Positions 1-10,833 of a stretch of DNA of 64,000 bases are shown piece by piece (positions within the stretch are counted from its first letter, which is position 1; each line of letters starts with the position of its first letter). Both the position numbers and the translations under genes were made by a program. Below the pieces are notes generated by a model, which was not told the origin of the DNA, searched no databases, and saw only the letters and a program-made list of their open reading frames with translations. Origin of the DNA: Vitrella brassicaformis CCMP3155 (lineage: Eukaryota > Protista > Chromerida); the NCBI GenBank assembly GCA_001179505.1, contig CDMY01000355.1, forward strand, positions 1-64,000, given 5' to 3'.

Positions 1-27
1 ATTGAAGCTGGCGACGAAGACGCCGAC

Positions 28-3000
28 ATGTGGGAGACTAGAAGCTGCCCACCAGATCCACAGGAGACGCGAGACGAGCCGTCCAAACTCTTCAAGGACA
101 AGGAAGACATGCAAAAGTATTTCAGCAAGGTCGTCAAGAAGAAGGTACTCTTCAATCCATCGTCGTGCCCCACCTTTGATACGGCCTGGGAAGACGCTCA
201 CGGGAAGGGCTGGCCAGGCTCTGACACAGGCAGCGAGGATTCGCACTTCCATGACCCGGTGGCTCCCGCCGACCCGGTGGTTGCCGAGTTCTGTCGGATG
301 GTCTTGAAGATTGTTGCCGATGCCCAGCTTCACCGCCGAGCCCACACTCCTTGCTGCTTCAAGTATGAACGGTACAAACGGGCGGCGCAGCGCAAAGGGA
401 AATCTCGGTTCTCGTTCCCTCGAGCGCTCATTCGATGTACCTACATTGACAAGAAGACTCGCGTAATCCACATGCGTCGCCACCATCGATGGGTCAACGC
501 GTTCAATCCATTCATTGCCTACCTGCTGAAGTGCAATCACGACATTCGATACCTCGGACAATCCACTGATGCAGCATATGCTGCCGTAAGGCTGACGGCG
601 ATCACACACACACTGACAGTGAGCCTGGCATGCATTCATATGCTGGTACGCTTGCGTTGTATCTACCAGGTCCACTATTGCACCAACTACGCAGCCAAGA
701 TGGAGCTGCCAATCTCTGAGATGGTGGCTGTGATTGCTGCTGGCTTCAAGCGATATCAAGAGCGATACGGCGACGATGACAGCGATGATGTGCGAGAGCA
801 GTGCTCCAAGCTCGTCCGGTCCATTCACAACATGATCAAGTCGAAGACACAATTCTCAGCTCCCCAAGTCGCAATGATCCTTCTCGGCCTGGGCAAGAAG
901 GGAGAGAAGTATGTGTCGCACGACTTTCAGCCTCTAGTTCTTTCTTCATTCCTGGCGCACCTTGACCGCCACTTTGCTGGTGACACGCCCGCGGCTGAGC
1001 CGACACACACCGAGCAGGAGTCGTACACGATCACCCTGCAACAAAAGGGAAGAGGGCTGAGAGAGATCGTTCTGAGCAATCAAGTGGATGACTATATTCA
1101 TCGTCCCACCAGCAGAGAGCTGCAAGACGGCCGCCAGTTCCACGTAGCGCGTGTGGGAGATGAGGTCGGAGACGCCAGTAAAGTGGCGCTGCCACCGAAG
1201 CTGACGGGTTTGACGGCTTTCACCGACGTCGAGATGAAGGACGTTTATCTCTACCAGTTCATGGAGGCCTTCTTTGCAATGCGCCTGACGAAAGCGGAGA
1301 TGGACAGCGAGGAAAAGAGGGAGAAAATGAAAGAAAACGGGAAGCCGATACCAGCCAATCGGCTGGTACGCATCCAGCGATTTCGCTTCCTGCGTGCTCA
1401 CCCTCTGTGGACCACGCATCGGCTCCGCCAGCGGGCTGCCGACGACCTCCGAATCCCTCTCGTCTTCTACGACCGCATTCCGAGCAAGACGGCCGCGTCA
1501 GCAGAGGACAGAGAGAAGCACGCGAAGATTATGTTGGTCTTGTTCAAACCATGGCGATGCCCTGAGGACCTGAAGACACACGGCACATGGTGCGAGTCGT
1601 GTGCAGCGTTTGTGTCGGGCTTACCGAGTGATGATAGGCGCCACAAGCTCATGCAGAACTTCGAGGATGTCCATCGGTCAGAGGAAGACGCCAAAATCTA
1701 TCGATACCTGCGTGACAAGGAGAGCGAGCATGCCACATCACTCGCAGAAGAGACCCAGAAGTTCCTCAATGACCAATACGACCGCCTGTACGCCAAGAAC
1801 AGGGAGACTGAAGATGACGTGTTGCAGCTGCTGGGGCCCGCCTACCTGTCTGGCCTCACTGGCGGCAAGGAAACCTTCTCTCATATGGAGATCCTGGCGT
1901 CATCGCTCGCTCGACCGACGACAGAAGACAGCCCGCAGATTGCCGCTCCTACGGCGCCCGTGTTGAAGGCGTGCTTCGCTAAGTATATCAATGCATCGCT
2001 GGATGCAGTTGGGTGTGAACCTATTGATATCGAAACAGCAACAGAGGTGAGATGATGATAAGTATGAGTGCATTATGCATTGTATCAATCTAAACTGTCT
2101 GTCTCTCTGGTGCGTGCATCTCTGTGTACCTTGCATTGAAGGCGTTGTCGAAGACCTCTCTCGATGACCGTCATTCAGCATGTCAATCAAATGGAAGCCG
2201 TCAGGATCAGCTCAACGATGACCTGCAGCAGCAACGGAACAAGCTTTGTGGAATCGGCCACAGCCACGGCACGTCAGATGAAGCAAGCCTCTTGAGTAGC
2301 TTCTCCTCAAATCTCTTCACACACGGTGGTCACTCCATGGATGCTGCCGACCTCACTCGACTGCTGGCGCAGCCGGCGTCCGCATTCAAGCCGCCTGAGA
2401 CGGGCGACGACAAGAACCGTGAAGACCTCCTCTGTACAGTGGCGAGCCGTTACCAATTGAACGAAGAGCAGATGCGGGCGTTCCAAATTATCTGCAGCCA
2501 CTTGCTGAACCACTACAAAGACCTGCGGGACAACAAATACGTCACGCCATTGCGCATGTGCCTGACCGGCGAGGGCGGCACCGGCAAAACACACGTCATC
2601 AAAGCTGTGAAGGCCTATTTTGCTGAACTGCAATGCCGACATTGGCTGCGCCTGGCAGCACCTACCGGCGTGGCTGCAGATAATATCGGAGGCTCGACCC
2701 TCGATTCGCTCCTGCACATCTTCGATGACTTCGAGAGCGGCGACAGGAGGCTGCGGCGCCAAGCGGTGAAGCAGCAGACAATCGATGGTGACCGCATTTG
2801 CAGAGAGGAGCCTTGGAAGCACATCCATTACATGATAGTCGACGAGATCTCTTTCGTCAATCGCCAGAAGCTCGACAAAGTCGATGGGGCATTGAGGGAC
2901 CTGCGAAAGGCAGCGAAGAAGGACATAAGGGATGGCGATGATTCGTTTGGAGGCATGAGCATGATCCTGTGTGGCGACTTTATGCAGCTCCCACCTGTCC

Positions 3001-4268
3001 GGCCGTATGCATTGTATGACAAGCGCGATCGAGAGCATCCTCGCAGTCTCTGGCACAGCTTCGATTGCGTCATTGTCCTTCAGCACAATCACAGGATCGA
3101 GGGGGATCCGACCTTCTATGGCCTTCTGCAGCGATTGCGATGCGGGCAGCTGACTGATGACGACATCAAGCTGATTAAGAGCCGCGTGCTGAAGACCCCA
3201 AGCGATGCTCGAGGGCCTCGCATTGTGTGGCGCAATGAGGTCAGGCAACGCATCAACGCTCAGGAAGCCTTCAAGTTTGCCGCCGCGACAAACCAAGATG
3301 TGTACGTGTCACCAGCCATTGACACGTATCGGCCGAAAGGGAAGAAAGAGCAGCCTGCCCCGGCGTACATGCAGAAGATGGTCCTGGAGAAGAACGAGAG
3401 TCACACAGGCAATCTGCCGACATCACTGCTTCTCGTAAAGGGGTGGTCTTACATGCTCACGACGAATAGAGCGACGGAGAGCGGCCTTGTATGTCTATCA
3501 CCTGCACACCTACACACACACACTCACACACACACAGCACGCAATGGTGCATTCATTTCCCTCTCTTGTCTGGACACGACAGGTGAATGGTTCTCTTGGT
3601 ATCTTATATGATATCATTCTCGAGAACGACACCGCCATCACTACGGCAACACAGCTCGTCGACGGCAAGAGGCTTCGTTTGCACTATCTGAGCCGTCCTC
3701 CAGCGGAGGTCATCCTGCAGTTCGAGAACAGCCGACACACGCATCTCACGGGCCTTCCCCTCCCCCCCGCCTGTCCTCACCTGACGAAGCCCATCCGTAT
3801 ACGGCCGTCCTTCGGCATGTGGCTGAGGAAGAACGATCACGACCGAACCCGTACACAGCTCTGACACCAGCTGTGCGCTCTTTCCCTCTCAGCAAGAGCT
3901 TCCTCGGCCTCACATCAACGCCTATCAATCGGACAGTCAAACGCATTCAACTTCCTATTGTCCCTGCCTTCTGTCGCACTGTCTGGAAGGTGCAAGGCAA
4001 GACCCTCAAGGAGGTAACGGTGGATCTCAACCCTCCTCCTTACCAGACGAAGGCAACGATTCCTCTTGCCATCTATGTGGCGCTGTCAAGAGTGACGTCC
4101 CTCGAAGGCCTCCACATTGCGCGGGACTTTGATGAGAAGTGGCTGAGGCAAGAATGGCCTGACTGCCTGCGTGAAGAGCTGGCCAAGCTCAACAAGCTGC
4201 ATGAACGGACGAAGGAGAAACATCCCATCCACCCCAAGCTGGCGCGTTTCGTGTGTTCAGTCAGTTGA
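28..4268 (+). CDS. Helitron Rep-helicase (RepHel), 5'-partial, 3 introns, one frameshift
   Basis: Rep-region motifs QLHRRAHTPCCFKY, RFSFPR, HRWVNAFNP..L.CNHDI and YCTNYAAK. PIF1 motifs GEGGTGKT, APTGVAADNIGGSTL, IVDEISFV, LCGDFMQLPPV, GL|VNGSLG, TVWKVQGKTL and YVALSRV. GT-AG phase-0 introns at 586-669, 2047-2141 and 3489-3582 join the ORFs in frame. A -1 shift is needed at the C7 run 3762-3768. Confidence 0.88.
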
Positions 4269-4644
4269 TGCTTACTTCCGTTATGGATCTTGCATTCTTT
4301 AAGACGTTCGCGCCCAGAGAGACCCTTGTTGGTTGACTTTCTCCGCGAAGCAAGCCCGATCTTTTCCAAGCAGCAGCGGTTTCATGCAGCACCCTAGACG
4401 GCCTGACGGCCAAGCTTTTTTCAATAAGCTGCCGCTTTAGGGTAAATCAGTTTAACAGTCAGTGATCCAAACGTGACAAAAAACACGAAGCTTCTCGACA
4501 TATTGACGTGTCTGTAGTATTGCAAGCAACACAGCACCGCTACCGTTTTTCTTTTTTTCGTCCATACGATCGTGATCGAACGTTTTGTCTGACCGAACGT
4601 GTTGTTTCTTAAAGACGCAAATCGGGCACTAGCCCAATTCGCGG

Positions 4645-5237
4645 ACCCGTGACTAAGGATTCCGACAGAGGGGGTGCTTCTTCTTGCCCTCAGCCAGCAT
4701 CACCAGTCTGAGACACCATCCTTAGTCACCCGTGACTAAGGATTTCGCACAGAGGGGGTGCTTCATCTGGATTGGGTGACTCGAAAACTCGAAGTACGAC
4801 AGCCTCACCACGGAAATTGACATGTATGCAGGGCCGAATCACCCTAGTCACGGGTGACTAAGGTGGGGGGTGCTTCATCTGGATTGGGTGATTCGAAAAC
4901 TCGAAGTACGACAGCCTCACCACGGAAATTGACATGTATGCAAGGCCGAATCACCCTACTCACGGGTGACTAAGGTGATTCGGCTGTCGTACTTTGAGTT
5001 TTCGAATCACCCAATCCAGATGAAGCACCCCCCACCTTAGTCACCCGTGACTAGGGTGATTCGGCCTTGCATACATGTCAATTTCCGTGGTGAGGCTGTC
5101 GTACTTCGAGTTTTCGAGTCGCCCAATCCAGATGAAGCACCCCCTCTGTCGAAATCCTTAGTCACTGGTGACTAAGGATGAGAGTATAAGTGGGCTGGCA
5201 GCATGAAGAACCACCCCCTCTGTCGAAATCCTTAGTC
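4645..5237. repeat. Nested tandem + inverted repeat (~590-bp imperfect palindrome) with recurring hairpin node CCTTAGTCAC-NN-GTGACTAAGG
   Basis: Nodes at 4720-4741, 4842-4863, 4954-4975, 5035-5056 and 5156-5177, with half-nodes at ~4649-4658 and 5230-5237. The segment 4982-5237 is the reverse complement of ~4651-4916. Confidence 0.95.
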
Positions 5238-5509
5238 CAGCCGATAACAAAAACCCACCCTTCCCATCGGCTGGCCGCAAACAAAGCACCCCATCAGACG
5301 GCAGGCGAACGAAAGACGGACCTGACAGACAGAAAGATGAAAGAAAGTGATTGTATGCCGGAGGTATCCCACTGCCTTTCTTTGTTTGCGGGTTCTGTGA
5401 CAGGAAAAGTCCAAGTCATTACACAAGTCCAATTACGCTTACAGCGAACTGAACGACATCATCTCGGCTGCGGGCACAGGGAAAATCTGAAATCACCGAG
5501 TGTGCGGAG

Positions 5510-5573
5510 CCGTTCACAAAATCCGACGTTGCCAGCCGTTGACGTCGGATTTCGTTTCTGAACGGAACCCTAG
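5510..5573 (+). other. Stem-loop followed by CTAG: candidate Helitron 3' terminus
   Basis: AAATCCGACGT...ACGTCGGATTT stem (5518-5552) inside an outer CCGTTCA/TGAACGG stem. CTAG lies at 5570-5573 but is followed by A rather than the canonical T. Confidence 0.35.
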
Positions 5574-5981
5574 ACTGATGTGGGGATGAAGACGCCTGTT
5601 CGCTGTCGAAGCACCGTCACCTGCACAGAGAACCCGAGGGGTTTTTGCGTGCGTCATCTAGCGGGCAAAGGCAGAGCCCTCCGTCCTTCGTGTGGCCTTT
5701 CTGTGGGCCTTTCTGCCTGCTGCGCATCTGGCGGGAGGGGGTCTTGCGGCATGCGCCGCGTGCACATATATAATGCTTGTTGATCTCTGTCCAAAGATCT
5801 GTCCACTGCAATGATGGATGGCATTTCTTCGTATGTTGATCCGATGCTACACATGATGGATGGATGACACGTTAAGCGTGCTAAACCCATCATCTATCCA
5901 TCCAGCTCATGCCATGGCATCGCTCTGACACCCGGACAAATAAAGGAAGCCTCAAAGCATTCAACGACAAACGAAGGAATG

Positions 5982-8900
5982 CTACCCAGCGGCCGGTTTG
6001 TGTCTCTTGGTTGGCCCCGCTGCTGGGTCGGGGGGCTGCACTGGGCCAGCGACAATGAGCAGGTTGCGTGGCGTGAACCGCGCCCAGCACGGGTTGGTGT
6101 CCTGCGTCGGGTAGCTCTTCAACACGTGCATCGGGGCACTCGGCAACCTGCAGACAGACAGAAAGGTGCAACACGACACGACACTCGTATGTATCAGTCT
6201 GTCTGTCTGTCTGTGAGCATCTCTGTGTGTGTCGTGTCATCCATCCATTTCATGGGCTATCATCCCTCACTCACTCTTCGTCTCGGTCCTCCCGCCTGCT
6301 GGCCGAGTGGGCAGCCGCTGCAATGGGCTTCATGGCTGAAAGATACCCACCCACAATGCATTGCACACCACAGGCACAGCTGTCGGCCCGCTGGGTGTCT
6401 CCGGCTTGCCTTTGTGTGTATGTATTGTGCAGTGTCACCTTGTGTGGTGTCGTAGAGCGTGACGGTGTGGTCGGAGGAGGCTGACGCCAACATGCTGCTC
6501 CCGTGGCTGACCGACCAGTCAGTCGATCCACACACACACACACACACCCCTGCCTAAGTGTGCTCCCTCCTGTCTGCCCCACCCACCCACTCCCTTGAGA
6601 TCACGTACGTGAAGTCGAGCGATCTGACGACATTGTTGCTGCCCCAGGCCTCCCCGTCGCCGCCAGGTGTGAAGCTGCACAGCTTGCCCGCCTGCAGGTC
6701 CCACAAATACACCCGGCCGCTCAACGCTGAGGTTGAATGAGACACACACGGACCGAGAGAGAGATCGATGTGGCCAATGGACCCCTGTGTGTGTGTGTGC
6801 GTACTTCCAGCAGCGATGAGTTTGCCGTTTGGCGACGCGGCGAGTGCAGTGAGCGGCGCGTCGTGTCCGTAGAATATCTTGGTGAGCTTCGCACTCCTCA
6901 GATCCCACAGCCGCAGCGTCTTGTCGCGCGACCCGCTCACCGCCAACGACGAGTTGGGATGAATCGCTACACTCTAACACACACACACACACACAACAAA
7001 CGGACAGACCATGCCTGAGTGGGCCATTCGCCAATGAGTGACTGACTGACCGAGACGGTCTCTTCGTGTCCGATGAGAATGCGCAGCGGCTCTCTCCGTT
7101 CGGTGCAGAAGAGCCGCACCGTCCGGTCGGCGCTGCCCGTGACGTAGTAGAAGGCGTGGGGCGCCAGCTCCATGGCCTGCACACCGAACGGACGCGGGTG
7201 GGCTGCACACACACCACACCACACACCACACACCACACCACACCACATGTGACCATTGAAAGAGCCTGAGACGGCGTGTGGGTGTTGGGTGTGTGGTGGC
7301 GTGTACCTTCCAGCTTGAGGACGTTGGTGCCCTGTGTGGTGCTCCACATGCGCACTGCACACGCCAAAACACACACACACACATTCCGCCTGTTCGTGAT
7401 CGATGTATCTTTGTGTGTGGTGTGTGGTGATGTGGTGTGTGCGGACCAGTGCCGTCGTATGCGGCTGACATGATGAATCGGTCGTCGGGGGCGATGCGGA
7501 TGGCACTGATGCCGCCGCTGTGACCCACATACGTCCGGTGGGGCAACCAACCTACACACACACACACACACACAGAGACCAGTCAGGCGTATTTGCGTGT
7601 TCGGTGTGTGTGTGTTGGCTGAGCTTACTGGATGCCTTGAGAGCCTCCTCCGTGTTGGCTCCCTCGCCATTGTCGTCGTCACTCACGTCTGAGATCACCA
7701 CACAAACCCAGCCATCCATCGATCCATCACCAAGCCACCAGAGTGGCCTCCCTCACTGACTCATGTCGGCATCGTCTGCCGCCTGCTGCTGTGGGGGTCT
7801 GCCCGGTGACGCCGACCCCTCCCCCTCCCTCGCCCTGTCGCCCTGCTGCTGCTGCCGTTGCTGCTGCTGCTTGAGAGCGGGCATGCTGAAGACCTTGATG
7901 ACGCCATACTGCATTCCCATGGCCACCAGTGCACCGCTCTCGGGACTTACACACAACGACTGCGGGCTGAGTGACCAAAGGAAAGGATGGGAGAGGGGAG
8001 GAGGGGGTGGGGCTTGTGTTGTGCGGGAGAAGGTGGGGGGGTGGGACTCGTGTGGTGCTCACTCGTCGGGCGTGTGAATGTCGTAGCAGAGGATGTTGGC
8101 TGCAGGGGTGGGGCGACTCATCATCACACGCTAAACCACACACACACAGCGCACACAGACAGAGGGAGGGAGGTGAGGAGGGACACACATGACACACACA
8201 TAACCACGGGATATGACGTCCCAGCGATTCCTACCCTGTGCTTGACGTGTCCGAGGAATCGGTCACGCTCCCTCACACCCAACGCAGACCTGCACACCAG
8301 CCGCGCCGTCATCCAGCAGGCCCATGCTGATGGTGATTGGTGTCTCGTGTGCACCGCACCGAGCCGACTCACTCACTCGGCAGACGGCAGGGGCAGAGTT
8401 TCGGTGTCCCTCCTCAGCTGCACCGACTCCTCGCCGTCCAGGCGGGTCGGTCCAGCCCCGCTGCCAGGCTTGGGCCTCTGATGATGATGACATACACACA
8501 ATGAAGGAACGAGTGGCGAGACGCCTGCATCGTGTGTGTTCGTTCGTGACCTTGATGGATAAGTCATGCTTCTGCAGCTCTGCAGAGAATACACCAGCAG
8601 CAGGCAGCAGGAAAGCTCCATCGACCTCTTAATATTGTTCGTCTGGGTGTGCGTGTGTGTGTGTATACCGATAGGGTGGTAGAGGTGTTCCTCTGCCTTG
8701 AGGCCCCAGAAGCGGCTCTGGTCGCGCTGAATTGACGCCTGCATCTGCTCGCGACGCTTCTGCAGACGGAAGAACAGTGACGATGGATGGATGGATGGAT
8801 TGATGGAGGCACCCACGCCACGCCAATCCGCGCAGACGCAAAGGTCTCTCTGTGTGTGTGTGTGTGTGTGTGTGCGTACCACCCACTCCTGCCGCTTGAG

Positions 8901-10205
8901 AAGCTTGCCGCCCACAGGCACCGAGTCCTTGTACGTGCCCTCACCAGAATGAACCACTACACCACACCACACCACACAACACAACACACCACACAGATGC
9001 GCTCTATTCTATGTGTGGCATTGTGTTGTGTGGTGTGTGGTCGGCCGGTATGTATACCTTCGAGGCTGCATCTGTAGTTGAGTGCTTCAAGCAGCTTGGC
9101 GTTCTGTGATGTCAGGAGGTAACTCATCAGCACGTCCTGCGCCAACCTGCAAACCACACCACACCACACCACACACAGGGGTGTGTGTGTGTGTGTGTGT
9201 TCGCAGGCCTACCTGGAGAGCCGAATGGGAATCTTGTGTCCCAGCCGATACGCCATCAAGATCCGCGAATCCTGACACACCCACACCCACACATACGTTT
9301 GAAACACACCTTTTCGGGCAAGGCGGTGATCTCTTACGTATTGGCGCATGTCCTGTTGGCTGGTGATTCTGTGCAGCGTGGCCACGTCCTGCGTCCACTC
9401 CTCTGCGAAGTCATTGGCGTACAAGTTGACAAACGCCTTGGCTGCACACGACACACACAAAGGACGGAAGCAAGGAGGGAGGGAACGGACAGCAATGGAC
9501 ACACAAGTGACTGACAGACATGCCACGAGGTGGGTGGTGTGGGCGGCGTGGGTGTGGGTGAAGTGCACTGCATACCCCACATACCGTCAGCATAGCCTTT
9601 GTTGCTCATGAGCTCCCACCACAGATGCACGAAGATGGGGAAGCACACACGACGGACGTCATCCTGCACTCGCGTCGCACACACAACACGCGCACAAAAA
9701 ACAAAACAAAGCGGATGAATCGATGGATGGATGGATGGATGTGTTGTGCGGGTTCTCCCTGCCACAGTGACTGACTGACAGACCTTACCCACCTTGATGT
9801 CGTCAGACAGCGTGCGCGACCACCTGTCGAGCCCGCCATACACCTTCCTGAAGTTGTGCAGCACCACCGAACCAGACGCACTCTCGATCTGATCCAACGC
9901 CTTCATCAAACACACAAATCCCGTCATCCCGTCACACTGCTCCAATCCAATCCCATCCACCCTGTGTGTGACATGCTTACCTCTTTGTAAGGCGCGCCCA
10001 TGCCAGGATCGACAGGTATTTTGTATTCGCGTCTGAAAGCCTCGGCCGCCTCAGCGAAGCCGCTGCGATGGAGGAAGGACAGACACATGATCGGGTCCAT
10101 GGCAGGGGGGCGCTGCTGCGGCGGTGGGCCTCGCTGCTGCTGCTGCTGCGGGATGGGAGGCTGCATGGGAAGCTGCATGGGGGGACGGGGTGGCATCGAA
10201 GCCAT
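5982..10205 (-). CDS. TAF5: TFIID subunit 5 (LisH-like + NTD2 + WD40 repeats), multi-exon
   Basis: LisH-like CLSFLHRSGFAEAAEAFRRE. NTD2-like VCFPIFVHLWWELM and LMSYLLTSQNAKLLEALNYRCSL. WD40 repeats GHSGGISAIRIAPDDRFIMSAAYDG, YYVTGSADRTVRLF...GHEETV and SGSRDKTLRLWDLRS...GHDAPLTALAASPNGKLIAAG. C-terminus ...WARFTPRNLLIVAG. Confidence 0.9.
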
Positions 10206-10833
10206 TGTGGTCGTGATGATGATGAGCCAATCGACGTATGGGACGGATCAACACACGGATGGGAGGGAGCTGATCAACACACCGGCTGGCCGACGTGGAA
10301 GTGGGATCAAACAGACACACGTGTGTGGCAGCATGGCATGCTGGTTTTCTTGTGCTCTCTGTGGCTTACACTCTGGCGAGCGAAGCGATGGGCGGCGAAC
10401 TGAGTCAGTCAGCAGTGCCACCGCTGAACCCAACTGCATCCACAGCCCGTGTAGATCCGCATCTGCCGATGGTGCTCTCTGTCGATTGACATCCGTGGCT
10501 GCATCCCGACCTATCCTCAACGAACAAATCTCCGGGCAGATCACTGCAGATCTCAAAGGTGCGAGCTTGTGATCCGTTGCAGCGCGCAGTGGCCTTTTGG
10601 CACCTCCCATGCCCTTCCCCGCGTCCATACCTTGCGCTAGTCTACGTCCCATCTTGTTCCAGTAGAAGCCGGCTCACGAGCGTCTGTCTCTCCCTCCCGC
10701 TTCGTTCGTTGATTCCCTGCCTGCCTGCCTGTCTGTCTGCCTGGCAGCCCGACCAACTAACCACCTCCCCTCCCCAGCCGCCCGTCTGTGTGTCCGTCAC
10801 AGCAGCAGCAGCTGTCTGCCTGTCTGCACAGAT

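Larger units (their letters stand above)
1..5573 (+). mobile_element. Helitron (rolling-circle transposon, Helitron2-like, no endonuclease domain seen); 5' part lies outside the window, 3' boundary uncertain (5237-5573)
   Basis: Rep-like C-terminal motifs fused to a PIF1 helicase, followed by a non-coding tail with palindromic/hairpin structures and a hairpin + CTAG at 5510-5573. Confidence 0.75.

Noticed and set aside
2-307. Separate 101-aa ORF overlapping the Helitron start
   Set aside because: Alternative frame of the Rep gene with no motifs.
4435-4441. TTTAGGG telomeric unit (similar fragments near 5566 and 51192)
   Set aside because: Single isolated copies, expected by chance; no array.
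4645-5237. CRISPR-like array (palindromic repeats separated by spacers)
   Set aside because: The spacers are copies or inverted copies of each other, 50-100 bp long, the context is eukaryotic, and no cas genes are present.
5808-5930. Box C/D snoRNA (ATGATG...CTGA) after a TATATAA
   Set aside because: C box is imperfect, there is no terminal stem, and the sequence is GATG microsatellite-like in the probable TAF5 3' region.
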